Positions 10,280 to 20,483 of a stretch of 64,000 bases of DNA are shown here, one piece after another. Numbering within the stretch: the first letter of the stretch is position 1; every line of letters starts with the position of its first letter. Under the pieces are notes generated by a model. It had not been told where the DNA came from. It ran no database searches and saw only the letters and a list, made by a program, of their open reading frames with translations. Source of the stretch: Vulcanimicrobiota bacterium (lineage in GTDB: Bacteria; Vulcanimicrobiota; Vulcanimicrobiia; Vulcanimicrobiales; Vulcanimicrobiaceae); contig OY968762.1 in NCBI GenBank assembly GCA_963695225.1, forward strand, positions 1,280,001 through 1,344,000. The letters are read 5' to 3'. The translations under genes were made by a program, and so were the position numbers.

Positions 10280-11611
10280 CTACGAGCCGGAGATCGTCAT
10301 TTCCGCGACGCGGAACGACGGCGCGACGATGGCGCCGTCGAAATGCAGGTCGTTCGCGACGGCATCGACTGCGCCGAGCATCGTCGCGAGATTTCCCGCG
10401 ATCGTGAACTCGTCCAAAGGCCCTGCGAGCTCCCCGTTTTCGATCGCGAAACCGCGCGCCCCGCGGCTGTACGTTCCGCTGACGTGTTCGGTGGCGAAGC
10501 CTATCGTGTCGACGACGAGCACGCCGCGCGGCGTCGCCGCGATCAGCTCCGCGAGCGACCGCGCGCCCGGTTCCAAGTAGAAGTTGTTCGGGCCGACTCC
10601 GCCGCCCGCGGCGTTCGCGGTGGAGCTCGCACCCAGCTTTCGGCCGTAGTAGGTATCGAAGAGATACGTGCGCAAAACGCCCCGCTCGAACACGACGGTG
10701 CGTCGCGTCGGCACGCCCTCCGCATCGAACGGGGACGTGCCGAGGCCCCCCGCGAGCCGCCCGTCGTCGACGATCGTGACCAGGTCGCTACCGATCTTCT
10801 CACCGGTGCGATTGATCAGGAAAGAGTTTCCGACAGCGACGTTTGCCGCGCTGACCGAAGCGAAGACGTCCGCCAGGACGGCGGCCGCCACATCCCGTTC
10901 GAAGATCACGGGGAGCCGGGCCGTCGCAGGCTTGCGCGCTCCGCACAATTCGACGGCCCGCCGCGCCGCGGTCGAGGCAATGGATGCGACGGATTCGAGA
11001 GCGGCGTAGCCGCGCGACGCGCTGCCGTATCCGGCGACGCGCAAGTTCACGCCGTCGCGCGCGATCGGCGCGGTGCTGCGCGACGCGCTCGAAGCCCGGT
11101 ACGAGCCGCGAAAGCCGCGCGAGTTCGCAAGGACCAGCATCGTCGTTCCGTCCGCAACTCGCGAGCCGCCCGAGTTCGAGATGCGCGCATCGTATTCGCG
11201 GATGGCTCGCTCGAGCTCGAGCGCGTCGTCCAGCTTCGCGCGGACCGCGCGTTCGCGCACGTCCGCCGCGAGGATCCCGAGCTGCGCATCGTCCGCGAGC
11301 GCCGCGACGCTCTCCGGCAAGCCGGCGAAAGGATCGGCGGCCACGTGCGCGGCGGCATCCACCGCTTCGCGCGCGAGCGCGCGCACTTCCGGGAGGGAGA
11401 GATCCGTCGTCGCCAACGTCGCTTTCGCGCCGTTCCGGAACACGCGCAGCGTCAGCGCGCGTCCGATCGATTGCTCGAGTTTCGTGATCTCGCGGTCGCG
11501 CGCTTCGGTCGAAAACCGCTCGGAGATGTTGACGGTCGCCTCGGCGTCGGTCGCGCCCGCCGCGAGCGCCGCATCGACCGCAGCCGACGCGATTTCCAGT
11601 TCACGCTCCAA
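10280..11611 (-). CDS. pmbA: TldE/PmbA family protein
   Basis: PFDAEG, STANA, GFAIENG, TIAGN motifs; no HExxxH; directly downstream of tldD. Confidence 0.88.
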   Translation of the reverse strand: MERELEIASAAVDAALAAGATDAEATVNISERFSTEARDREITKLEQSIGRALTLRVFRNGAKATLATTDLSLPEVRALAREAVDAAAHVAADPFAGLPESVAALADDAQLGILAADVRERAVRAKLDDALELERAIREYDARISNSGGSRVADGTTMLVLANSRGFRGSYRASSASRSTAPIARDGVNLRVAGYGSASRGYAALESVASIASTAARRAVELCGARKPATARLPVIFERDVAAAVLADVFASVSAANVAVGNSFLINRTGEKIGSDLVTIVDDGRLAGGLGTSPFDAEGVPTRRTVVFERGVLRTYLFDTYYGRKLGASSTANAAGGGVGPNNFYLEPGARSLAELIAATPRGVLVVDTIGFATEHVSGTYSRGARGFAIENGELAGPLDEFTIAGNLATMLGAVDAVANDLHFDGAIVAPSFRVAEMTISGS

Positions 11612-13007
11612 GCGCCGAGCCCCCGACCGTCACGTAAGAGAGTTTGACCGTCGGCATCCCGACGCCGACCGGCACGTACTGTCCGCCCTTGCCGCACGTG
11701 TAGAAGCGCCCTGCGAGCCGGCTGTCGTTCCCGACCGCGACGACGCGCGTCATCACCTCCGGCCCGTTCCCCACGAGCGAGGCGCCGCGCAACGGCCGCG
11801 TCAGCTTGCCGTCTTCGATCAAATACCCTTCGGCGAGCATGAAGACGAAATCGCCTTTGCTGATCTCGACTTGCCCGCCGGAGAACGACTTCGCGAAAAC
11901 CCCGCGCTTGACCGAACCGATGATTTCATCGTAGGTCGATTCGCCGCTCGGCATGTAGGTGTTGCACATGCGCGGCTGCGGCATCGATCGAAACGATTGA
12001 CGCCGGCCGCTCCCCGTCGACGTCCCGCCCATCAATGCCGCGTTGAGACGATCGTGCATGTATCCGCGCAAGACGCCGTTCTCGACGAGGACCTTGTGCG
12101 CACCCGGCGTGCCCTCGTCGTCGATCGCGACGCTCCCGCGCTCGCACGGCAGGTTTCCGTCGTCGTAGATCGTCACGAGCTCGCTCGCGACGCGCTCGCC
12201 GATGCGCCCGCTGTAGAGCGATGTCCCTTGCCGATTGAAATCCCCTTCGAGGCCGTGCCCGACCGCCTCGTGCAGCAGAACGCCTCCGCTCCCCGCGCCT
12301 ACGACGACGGGCAGTTCCCCCGCGGGCGCCTCGATCGCGTCGGCGTTGACGACGGCGACGCGCGCCGCCTCGCGCGCGATCGCTTCCGGCGTCTGCTCCA
12401 GAAAGTAGGCAAGGCTTGTCCGTCCGCCGTCGGCGGAGAACCCGTTTCCGCGTACGGAGCCGCGCGCGACGCATTGCACGGCAAGCGTTACGAGCGGTCT
12501 GCGATCGCTCGCGAACCGTCCCTCGCTCGTCGCGATGACGACCTCTTGCAGTTCTTCCGCGATCGACGCGTTCACCGCGATCACTTTCGGATCGAACGCG
12601 CGTGCGGCGGCGTCGGCACGCGAGAGCAGATCGACGTAGATCGCCGAGGACGTCCCGTCGAGCGATCTCGCAGCGCGATAGATCTCGGCGGCCGGCTCGG
12701 GGCGTCCGCTCACTTCCACGGTTCTTACGCGCGCGGCCCCGTCCCGCGCGATATAGGACGCGATGCGCGCGGTTCGCGCGAGCGCTTCGCGCGAGAGATC
12801 GTCGGTGTGCGCGTAGCCCGCGCGCTCCCCCGAGAGCACGCGGATCCCGACCCCGGCCGTTACGCTCAAGCCCGCCTCGTGAATCGCGCCGTCCTGCAAG
12901 CGGAACGAGCGGCTCGCGCGCCGTTCGTAGAACGCTTCGGCGTAGTCGCCGGCACCGATCGCCTCGGCGAGCACCGCCGAAAACGTCGCCGCATCGAGCA
13001 TCTCCAT
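11601..13007 (-). CDS. tldD: TldD metalloprotease
   Basis: HEAVGHGLEGD, IDDEG, PRMCNTY, CGKGGQ..PV motifs. Confidence 0.93.
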   Translation of the reverse strand: MEMLDAATFSAVLAEAIGAGDYAEAFYERRASRSFRLQDGAIHEAGLSVTAGVGIRVLSGERAGYAHTDDLSREALARTARIASYIARDGAARVRTVEVSGRPEPAAEIYRAARSLDGTSSAIYVDLLSRADAAARAFDPKVIAVNASIAEELQEVVIATSEGRFASDRRPLVTLAVQCVARGSVRGNGFSADGGRTSLAYFLEQTPEAIAREAARVAVVNADAIEAPAGELPVVVGAGSGGVLLHEAVGHGLEGDFNRQGTSLYSGRIGERVASELVTIYDDGNLPCERGSVAIDDEGTPGAHKVLVENGVLRGYMHDRLNAALMGGTSTGSGRRQSFRSMPQPRMCNTYMPSGESTYDEIIGSVKRGVFAKSFSGGQVEISKGDFVFMLAEGYLIEDGKLTRPLRGASLVGNGPEVMTRVVAVGNDSRLAGRFYTCGKGGQYVPVGVGMPTVKLSYVTVGGSALGA

Positions 13008-13029
13008 CCTGCGTTCTTTTCCTTGCGGC

Positions 13030-14550
13030 TCAGAATTCCGCCAGCCGGTCGAGCGCGAGGTCCTCGCGGTCGGCGAGCCGGTCCGCACCGGCGTGCGGAC
13101 CGTTCGAGATGAAGGCGAACACGATCGGACCGTGCTTGCGGCTCTCGACGATCCCCGCGAGAGCGTTGACGCCGAGGAGGTGCCCGCTCTTCGCGCGTAC
13201 GCGCCCCGCACCAGCGTGGAGCACGTGAAGGCGGACGGTGCCCTCGATTCCGACGCGCGGCAGCAAGGCGACTATGCTCGTTTCGGGCGGCTCGCGTAAC
13301 TGCGCGCGCAACAGCGCGGCGAGGGCCGCGGCGGTCGCGCGGTTCGCAGCGGAGAGCCCGCTGCCGTCGACGATGCGCAAGCCCGCGCGCGGAATCATCC
13401 AGCGCGCGAGCCACATCTGCTCGGCGCGAATCCCGTCGGTGTCGTTCCCGGCGCCGAACCCGTCGACCGCAAGCAGGCGGAGCAATTGCTCGGCCGCGTG
13501 ATTGTCCGATTGGAAGAGCATCTCACGCACGAGGCCGGCGAGCGGGGGCGAGCGGTGCGTCCACAGCGCGACGGCGTCGGCCGGAGCGGCGCCGACCTCG
13601 ACGCCGCCTGCGAGCGCGATCTTGCGTCGCGCGAGCATCGCGGCAAACGCGTGCCCCGCGTAACGCGGTAGCGATAGGACCGGGATCCATGCGTGCTGCG
13701 GCTCACCGTCGGCAACTTCGCCCGAGGCCCGGAAGACGTTCGCATCGCCGCCGCGGACCGGCCCTTCGCGATCGAGCGAGAACTCCGCAGATGCGCCCGC
13801 GCCGACCGTGAGGATCGTCCCCAGTATGCGCATGCCGCTGTCGGGAGGTTCGAGTTCGATTCGCGCCGCGGCACCGGGCGTCGTCGGAATCACGCTGACT
13901 TCGGCGGTATCTCCGTCGAGCGAGAGCGCGCTCGAAGCGAAAGCGTAGCCTGCGAGCAGATCGTCCGCGGACCACGCCGGGTTCGTCTCGCCGCCGGAGA
14001 AGAGCGATCCGTCGACGACGAGCGGCCCTTCGATGCGACGGATCCCGCGCAGCGCGAGCGTCTGCGCGGCGCCGCGCAGGTCGTTCGAAGCGAGCGCGGG
14101 ATCTCCGCCGCCGACGAGCCACAGCGGTGAAGCCAGGATGCCGTCGCGCGGTTCGCTCCGGGCGACCGCGCGCGTCTCGAAGCGGTGTTGCGGCCCGAAC
14201 GTCGCGAGCGACGCCGCCGCGACGAGGAGCTTCATCGTCGAGGCGGGGACGAGCGAGCGGCGTTCCCTGCGCGCGAAGAGCCGCGTCCCGTCGGCGGCGA
14301 CGATGTCGATCCCGGCATCATCGAACACCGCGTCGTCCAAGAGGGCGCGCATCTCGCGAGCGGCGCGCAGCCGCTCGCCCGCGCTCCAGTGGTAGGCGCG
14401 CGGCGTCGCCGCGGGGCGCGGGCTTTCGCGCGGCGCAGGCGAGGCGCTGGGAGCGCCCTTCGGCGCGCACGCGACGGCGGCGAACGTGGCGAGTGCGAGC
14501 GCGAGCGCGCCTCGCACCCACCGCACGAACGGTACGCGCAGGGCGGTCAC
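13030..14550 (-). CDS. dacB: D-Ala-D-Ala carboxypeptidase/endopeptidase (PBP4, peptidase S13), probable lipoprotein
   Basis: PASTMK (SxxK), GGGDP, SDN, DGSGLS, AKSG motifs; AVAC lipobox-like signal; start uncertain. Confidence 0.88.
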   Translation of the reverse strand: MTALRVPFVRWVRGALALALATFAAVACAPKGAPSASPAPRESPRPAATPRAYHWSAGERLRAAREMRALLDDAVFDDAGIDIVAADGTRLFARRERRSLVPASTMKLLVAAASLATFGPQHRFETRAVARSEPRDGILASPLWLVGGGDPALASNDLRGAAQTLALRGIRRIEGPLVVDGSLFSGGETNPAWSADDLLAGYAFASSALSLDGDTAEVSVIPTTPGAAARIELEPPDSGMRILGTILTVGAGASAEFSLDREGPVRGGDANVFRASGEVADGEPQHAWIPVLSLPRYAGHAFAAMLARRKIALAGGVEVGAAPADAVALWTHRSPPLAGLVREMLFQSDNHAAEQLLRLLAVDGFGAGNDTDGIRAEQMWLARWMIPRAGLRIVDGSGLSAANRATAAALAALLRAQLREPPETSIVALLPRVGIEGTVRLHVLHAGAGRVRAKSGHLLGVNALAGIVESRKHGPIVFAFISNGPHAGADRLADREDLALDRLAEF

Positions 14551-14558
14551 GCGGCGCG

Positions 14559-16070
14559 TTAGAAGGGCCGCGCCCGAAGCGGGAGGAGCGAGACGGCGCG
14601 CGGCTCCCGCTCCCAGCGCAGGATCGCGAGGCCGCCGGGCACGAGCGATTCGCACCACGTGAAGTAGAATCGCCGCGCCGGCGCATCGCCGTAACGATAC
14701 GCGTGAACGCCCCCGTCGACGACGCTGCCGCACGCTTGCGCGAGGCGCGCCTGGAAATCGGGGCGCGTTGCGAGCGGTTCCTTGTCGACGAAGAGCGCTC
14801 GCGCGGGGCGCATCGTCGAAGGATACCAGTTGTGCGACTCGCGCCCTTGCCAATCGTAACCGATCACGACCGGCGGGACGTTCGCGTCGAAGTCGAGCAC
14901 GGAGGAGAGCCCGTAACCGTCGGTCATCACGATCGCGCCGCGCTCGCGGGCGATGCGAGCGACGTCGAGCGCGAGCGGCCGGTATGCGAAGATCTCGAAC
15001 GGCCCGGTGTTGCGGAGCTGGACGCCCGTTTCGCGCTGGATGACGCGATAACTCGCGCCCGGGGCGAACGTCATCGCGAAGATCGCCGGAAGGAGTACGG
15101 CCGCCGGGACGAGCGCGATCGTCGTCCATACGATGCGCGGACGCGCCGGGAGTTGAACGTAGGCGACTCCCATCATCGCGCACAGCGACGCGAACGCGCC
15201 CAGGACCCAATGGATTTCGACGTCGCGCACGAGCGCGAAGAGCGTGAGCCCGGCGAGCAGCGGGAGCGCGGTCCACGCGAGCAGCGCGTTGCGCGGCCGC
15301 ACGGCGAGGATCAGAACGCCGAGCCAGATCCCCGGGGAGTAAGCGGCCGCCTGCGCGGCATAGAGCGAGAGCACGTGGCGGAGCGAGGATTGCAAGAGCC
15401 GCTCGCCCTCGTGCCGGTGGATCAGCGCGAACGTGAACGTCACCCAATCGTGCGCCGCGTTCCACGCCAAGAACGGCGAATACACGAGCGCGCACACGCC
15501 GAGCGAGAGCGCGAGGCCCTGTTTCCAGAGATGCCGGTTTCGCGGCATCAGCGCGTAACCGGCGATCCCGGCGACGAGCGCGAAGCCGAACATGCGCGAG
15601 AGGAGCGCGCCGCCGAGCGCGACGCCGAGCAGCACGTAATCGCGCCGCAACCCGAAACGGAACGCGCGGACCGCGAACCACAACGCGAGCGACCAGAACA
15701 TCAGATAGGGCCCGTCCGGCTGGGCCGTACCGAACGCGATCGAGGCGAGCGGGGTCACGGAGAAGGCGAGCGCGGTCGCGGCTCCGGCGCGGCGATCGTC
15801 CGCGATCGTCGTCGCGGTTTGCGCCAACGCGAACGTCGCGATCGCGCCGCACACGACGAAGCCCAACCGTACGAACCCCGGGTTGTTGCCGAATTGTCCG
15901 AACGACGCGATCGTCCACGCGACGGCGGGCGGATGATCGACGTAACCGAACGCGAGGCGTCGGCTCCATTCCCAGTAGTACGCTTCGTCGCCGGTCAACG
16001 GGAGCAAGAACGCGCCGACCGCGCGCAGGAGGAACACCACGACGACTGCCGCCCAAACGTAGGCCGTCAC
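14559..16070 (-). CDS. GT-C fold glycosyltransferase (ArnT/PMT-like)
   Basis: DEAYYWEWS...GYVDHPP motif; many transmembrane segments. Confidence 0.88.
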   Translation of the reverse strand: MTAYVWAAVVVVFLLRAVGAFLLPLTGDEAYYWEWSRRLAFGYVDHPPAVAWTIASFGQFGNNPGFVRLGFVVCGAIATFALAQTATTIADDRRAGAATALAFSVTPLASIAFGTAQPDGPYLMFWSLALWFAVRAFRFGLRRDYVLLGVALGGALLSRMFGFALVAGIAGYALMPRNRHLWKQGLALSLGVCALVYSPFLAWNAAHDWVTFTFALIHRHEGERLLQSSLRHVLSLYAAQAAAYSPGIWLGVLILAVRPRNALLAWTALPLLAGLTLFALVRDVEIHWVLGAFASLCAMMGVAYVQLPARPRIVWTTIALVPAAVLLPAIFAMTFAPGASYRVIQRETGVQLRNTGPFEIFAYRPLALDVARIARERGAIVMTDGYGLSSVLDFDANVPPVVIGYDWQGRESHNWYPSTMRPARALFVDKEPLATRPDFQARLAQACGSVVDGGVHAYRYGDAPARRFYFTWCESLVPGGLAILRWEREPRAVSLLPLRARPF

Positions 16071-16819
16071 CGTTCGTGCGGCTCCACGAGACCGCCGTTC
16101 ACGCCGAGCGTCTGCCCGTTGATAAAGCCTGCCTCATCCCCGGCCAAGAACCGCACGGCCGCCGCAATATCCTCCCACGAGCCCGAATGGCCCGTCGGGT
16201 TCTTCGCGGGCAAGGCCCGCGCGGCGGCACGGTCCGCCTCTTTGTCGCGGATGTCGCCGGGCTCGATCGCGTTGACGGTGATGCCGTACTCCGCCTCCTC
16301 GAGCGCCAGCGCGCGGGCGAACGTCACGACAGCGGCCTTGGCCGCGCCGTACAACGACATGCCGCGGGCGGGGAGCGTCGCGTGGGAACCGTTCATGCCG
16401 AAATATATCAAGCGCCCGAAGCCGCGCGCGCGCATGCCCGGGAGGACGGCGAACGCCCCTTCGACCGCGCTGCCGAGATTCGCCGCGAGCATCCTCTCGT
16501 AATCGGCATAGGTGCAGTCGGCGAAACGGCGTACGACGATCGGCCCCGCGGAATGGACGAAGACGTCGAGCCTCCCGAAGTGGGTTTCGACCGCGGCGAC
16601 GGCCGCTTGCGTCGCGCCGCGGACGGCATGGTCGGCCTCGACGGGAAAGGCTGCGTGCCCCGTCGTTGCGATATCGGCCAGCGTCCGCTCGGGTGAAGTC
16701 CCGTCAGCGCGATAGGTTAACGCCACGCGGTACCCCCTCGCCGCGAAGTCGCGCGCGATACCGCGAGCCAAGCCCCGCGCCGCCCCCGTGACCAGCGCCA
16801 CCCGAGTCTCTTTGCCCAC
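16067..16819 (-). CDS. Short-chain dehydrogenase/reductase
   Basis: TGAARGLA, YGAAK, VNAIEPG, NGG motifs. Confidence 0.9.
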   Translation of the reverse strand: MGKETRVALVTGAARGLARGIARDFAARGYRVALTYRADGTSPERTLADIATTGHAAFPVEADHAVRGATQAAVAAVETHFGRLDVFVHSAGPIVVRRFADCTYADYERMLAANLGSAVEGAFAVLPGMRARGFGRLIYFGMNGSHATLPARGMSLYGAAKAAVVTFARALALEEAEYGITVNAIEPGDIRDKEADRAAARALPAKNPTGHSGSWEDIAAAVRFLAGDEAGFINGQTLGVNGGLVEPHER

Positions 16820-16920
16820 GAGCGGGATGCTTCGGCGTCGAGGGCCCGCTTCCGCGTCCGGCGCCGCGGTCGCGCGCGGCCCGGCTGCTTCCGGGCGAGA
16901 CTAGCGGGCCGTGCGGACGT

Positions 16921-19900
16921 CTAGACGCCGGCGCCGACCCGCGGCACGTCGAGCTCGGGCAGCTGCGCCGCCGGTTTGCGCCTCTTATCGGCGCGCCGTT
17001 CCGACCAGCCCATGATTCCGCAATAGACGATCGGAACCAGCATCAAGGTGAGCACCAGCGAGCTCGAAAGCCCTCCGATCAGCACGGTCCCCATCGAAGC
17101 GCGCTCCTCGCCGCCCTCCGTCAATCCGAGTGCGAGCGGGAGCATGCCGAAGATCATCGCGCACGTCGTCATCAAGATCGGCCGGAAGCGGGTTGCGGCG
17201 GCCGCTTTCATTGCCTCGACGACACGCAGGCCGCGCGCGCGCATCTGGTTCGCGTAATCGACGAGCAGGATCCCGTTCTTCGCAACCAAGCCGAACAACA
17301 TGATCATCGCGATCAGCGAGAACAAGTTGAGTGATTGATGCCGCAGCGCGAGCCCGCCGAGCGCGCCGATGATCGCAACCGGGACCGAGAACATCACGAC
17401 GAAGGGCTCGACGAACGAGCCGTACAGAACGACCATCAGCATGTAGACGAGCGCGACCGAGGTCGCGAGCGCGAGCCCCATGCTCGAGAACGTTTGCTGA
17501 TAGAGCTCGGCGTCGCCGGCGGAGAGCGCCTTCGTATCCGGCGGTAGGAAGCCCGGCGTCGCGAGCGCTTTGTCGACCGGGGCGAGAACGTTCCCGAGCG
17601 TCGTCGTCGAGTCGATATCGCCCGTGACGCGCACGATGCGATGGCGGCTCTGCCGCTCGATCTTCGTCGGCGCCTTCGTCATCGTGAAATCGGCGATGCT
17701 CGATAGGTTCACGAGCGTCCCTGAGAGAGAGCGGACCTTCACGGTCCGCACGCGCGCGACGTCGTTGCGCGTCGATTCGGGGAGTTGCACCCGCACGTCG
17801 ATCAGGCCGCTCGGCGTGCGAACCTTCGTCGCGATCGCTCCGCCGATCGCGATGCGCGCCGCGGTCGCGGCGTCGCCCGGGGAGACGCCGAGCAGCGTCG
17901 CCCGCGCCGGGTCGATGTGGATGTTGAGGCGCGGGCCGTCCGCCTCGGCGCCGGTCTGCACGTTGATCGCTCCCGGCTGCTCGCGAATGAGGGCGGCGAG
18001 CTTGTTCGCCGCCTGGTTCAGCGTCGCGTCGGGGCCGGAAAGGGTGTAATAAATCGCCGTGCCGCTTCCTCCGCCGCCCTCTTTCTGCGCTTCGAAGACG
18101 GCCCCGGGGACGGTCCAGCCGAGCTTGCGCAGGTCTTCGAGCGCGCGGGGAGTCTCCTTGCGCCGCCTCTGATCGAGGATCACCGTGAAGCGTCCGACGT
18201 GTCCGCCGATCGTCGAGCCCCAGCCGGTCGGCTTGCGGCCGGCCGTCGTCAAGACGCTTTGGACTCCGTCGATCTTCACGGCCTCCTTGGAGAAACTGTC
18301 CAGCGCAGCCTCGGTGACCGCGAGCGGCGTGCCGACCGGGAACGTGACCGCCCCGTTCAGGACGCCGGTATTCGAACTCGGGACGAACTCGGAGCCGATG
18401 AATCCGAGCGGGACGAGCGAGAGCGCCGCGAGGACGAGCGCGAAACCGCTCGCGACCGTGATCCAGCGATGCCCGAGCCCCCACGGGAGCGCCCGCTCGA
18501 TATAGAAGCGCGCGACGCGCTCGAAGAGGCGTTGGAACCACGCGGCCCAGTGCGGCACGCCCTCGCTGCGATTCTTGACCGACCAGCGCCCCGCGAGCAG
18601 CGGCGTCAGCGTGAAGGAGACGAGCAGCGAGAAGAGGGTCGCGACGACGATGACGATCCCGAATTCCTTCATGTACTTGCCGACGATCCCGGAGAGGAAC
18701 GCGATCGGCAGGAACACGACGACGTCGACGAGCGTGATCGCGATTGCGGCTTGCCCGATCTCGGTGCGGCCGTTGTACGCCGCGTCCAGCGCCGCTTCGC
18801 CCATGTCGCGATGCCGCGTGATGTTCTCGAGGACGACGATCGAGTCGTCGACGAGGATCCCGATCGTCAGCCCGAGCCCCATCATCGAGATCGTGTCGAT
18901 CGTGTAGTTCAGGATGCGCATCACCATGAACGTCGCGAGCAACGACATCGGGATCGCGATCATGACGACCGCCGCGTTGCGCCAGGCGTGCAGGAAGAGC
19001 AGCATCACGATCGCCGTGAGCAAGATGCCTTCCATCAAGCTCTGCAGGACGCCGTTGATCGAGGCGTGCGTGTAATCGGCATTCGCCTCGATCTCGCTGA
19101 ACCGCACGTCCGGATGCTGCTTGGCGAGTTCGACGAAGGCCGCGCGGACGGCATCGGTCGTCTTGATCTCGTCGGAATCCGCGCTGCGCTGGATGTCGAG
19201 GATCACTGCCGAAGCGCCGTTGTTCTTGGTCGGGTAGCGCTGCTCTTGATGCCCGTCGACGACGGTCGCAAGCGATCCGATCGTCGGGACGAGCGTATCC
19301 GCGGACTGCTGCAGGATGTTCCCGATCGGCACCGGGAGCCGCAGGATGTCGGACGGATCGACGATATCCGCGTGGACCGAAACGCTCGTCTCGCTCGTCT
19401 TCGCATCGATCCGGCCGCCCGGAAGGTTCGCGTTGTTCGACGCGACCGCGCCGAGAATGTCGGAGAGCGTTGCGCCGACGCCTGCGAGCCGGCCGAGGTC
19501 CGGATACACGTAGATCTCGCGCGGCGTGTCCCCGCGCGTGTCGACCGAGACGACCCCCGCCACGTTCTTGAGATCGGGGACGATCCGGTCGTTGATCAGA
19601 TCGCCGAGCGCCGCCGCGGAGAGCGTCTTCGAACTGAGCGCCTCGGTCAGGATCGGATCGGCCGTCCCCGAGTTCTTGAACACGCTCGGAGGATCGAGAT
19701 CCGCGGGCATGTTGACGCGCGCCGTATCGACGCGCCGCTGGACGTCCGTCGCCGCGAAGTCCAGGTTCGTATCGAGCTTGAACTGGACGACGACGGTCGC
19801 CGTACCTTCCTGCGCCGTCGCGGAGAGCTTGTCGAGGTTGTCGATGCCGTCGAGTTGGTCTTCGATCGGTTTGATGACGAGCTTTTCCATCTCGGCGGGC

Positions 19901-20064
19901 GACGCGCCGGGATAGCTTGCCGAGACGACCACGATCGGAAACGCGACGTTCGGGAAGAGGCTCACACCGAGCGAGCGGTACGACACCAGCCCGAAGATCG
20001 CAACGGCGATCGCCGCCATCGCGACGATGACGGGTCTGGTAATCGCGAACCGGGTCAACCACAC
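16921..20064 (-). CDS. RND (AcrB/HAE1-type) efflux transporter permease
   Basis: 1047 aa; GILVDDSIVVLEN, KNGILLVD, RFRPILMT motifs; GGGAGG ribosome-binding site. Confidence 0.95.
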   Translation of the reverse strand: MWLTRFAITRPVIVAMAAIAVAIFGLVSYRSLGVSLFPNVAFPIVVVSASYPGASPAEMEKLVIKPIEDQLDGIDNLDKLSATAQEGTATVVVQFKLDTNLDFAATDVQRRVDTARVNMPADLDPPSVFKNSGTADPILTEALSSKTLSAAALGDLINDRIVPDLKNVAGVVSVDTRGDTPREIYVYPDLGRLAGVGATLSDILGAVASNNANLPGGRIDAKTSETSVSVHADIVDPSDILRLPVPIGNILQQSADTLVPTIGSLATVVDGHQEQRYPTKNNGASAVILDIQRSADSDEIKTTDAVRAAFVELAKQHPDVRFSEIEANADYTHASINGVLQSLMEGILLTAIVMLLFLHAWRNAAVVMIAIPMSLLATFMVMRILNYTIDTISMMGLGLTIGILVDDSIVVLENITRHRDMGEAALDAAYNGRTEIGQAAIAITLVDVVVFLPIAFLSGIVGKYMKEFGIVIVVATLFSLLVSFTLTPLLAGRWSVKNRSEGVPHWAAWFQRLFERVARFYIERALPWGLGHRWITVASGFALVLAALSLVPLGFIGSEFVPSSNTGVLNGAVTFPVGTPLAVTEAALDSFSKEAVKIDGVQSVLTTAGRKPTGWGSTIGGHVGRFTVILDQRRRKETPRALEDLRKLGWTVPGAVFEAQKEGGGGSGTAIYYTLSGPDATLNQAANKLAALIREQPGAINVQTGAEADGPRLNIHIDPARATLLGVSPGDAATAARIAIGGAIATKVRTPSGLIDVRVQLPESTRNDVARVRTVKVRSLSGTLVNLSSIADFTMTKAPTKIERQSRHRIVRVTGDIDSTTTLGNVLAPVDKALATPGFLPPDTKALSAGDAELYQQTFSSMGLALATSVALVYMLMVVLYGSFVEPFVVMFSVPVAIIGALGGLALRHQSLNLFSLIAMIMLFGLVAKNGILLVDYANQMRARGLRVVEAMKAAAATRFRPILMTTCAMIFGMLPLALGLTEGGEERASMGTVLIGGLSSSLVLTLMLVPIVYCGIMGWSERRADKRRKPAAQLPELDVPRVGAGV

Positions 20065-20251
20065 AGGCGCGTCATCCTCCCGAACGGATCGCTACGACCT
20101 CAGGTACGACGATTCCGGTGCGGAAGTTTCGCCGGCGGCGGACGTTCGATCCCCAAGCGATCCCCCGGTTCCCCGGCACCCGTTAGACTGCGCCGGGGAG
20201 CACGGCGTCCGCAGGCGGCCGCGCTCCCGAGCGGGCGGCCTGCTCGAAGCT

Positions 20252-20283
20252 AAACGAGAAGCCCCGCGGACGCGGGGCTTTCT
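20252..20283 (-). terminator. Intrinsic terminator after tRNA-Leu (possibly bidirectional)
   Basis: AAGCCCCGC-GTCC-GCGGGGCTT stem-loop followed by CTCGTTT. Confidence 0.7.
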
Positions 20284-20370
20284 TGGTGCGCGAGACTGGA
20301 CTCGAACCAGCACGGAATCACTTCCGCTAACCCCTCAAGCTAGTGCGTCTACCAATTCCGCCACTCGCGC
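20284..20370 (-). tRNA. tRNA-Leu (anticodon GAG)
   Basis: GCGCGAGTGGCGGAATTGGTAGACGCACTAGCTTGAGGGGTTAGCGGAAGTGATTCCGTGCTGGTTCGAGTCCAGTCTCGCGCACCA: long variable arm, TTCGA T-loop, encoded CCA. Confidence 0.96.
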
Positions 20371-20483
20371 ACGGGGGGGTCAAAGCTCGGGCGCGGGAAA
20401 CGCCGGAGCGATTAACCCGCGTATGGTATCGTATCGGCTGCCGCCACGCAAGAACCAGAACCCGGCAGGGACGGCCTGCAGGC

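Noticed and set aside
13030..16056. 1008-aa ORF suggesting a glycosyltransferase-dacB fusion
   Set aside because: The N-terminal half is an off-frame reading of the GT-C gene; dacB starts near 14550.
20170..20245. Two GC-rich hairpins between the tRNA terminator and the RND gene
   Set aside because: Short imperfect stems are expected by chance at this GC content; no recognisable RNA motif.
16985..20253. Very long alternative-frame and antisense ORFs (1025 aa and 822 aa; similar ones over ppdK, the regulator and the phosphoesterase)
   Set aside because: Arg/Ala/Pro-rich shadows of real genes, expected at this GC content and codon bias.
20284..20370. tRNA-Leu as an island integration site
   Set aside because: No adjacent integrase, and I found no duplicated tRNA 3' end in the window.
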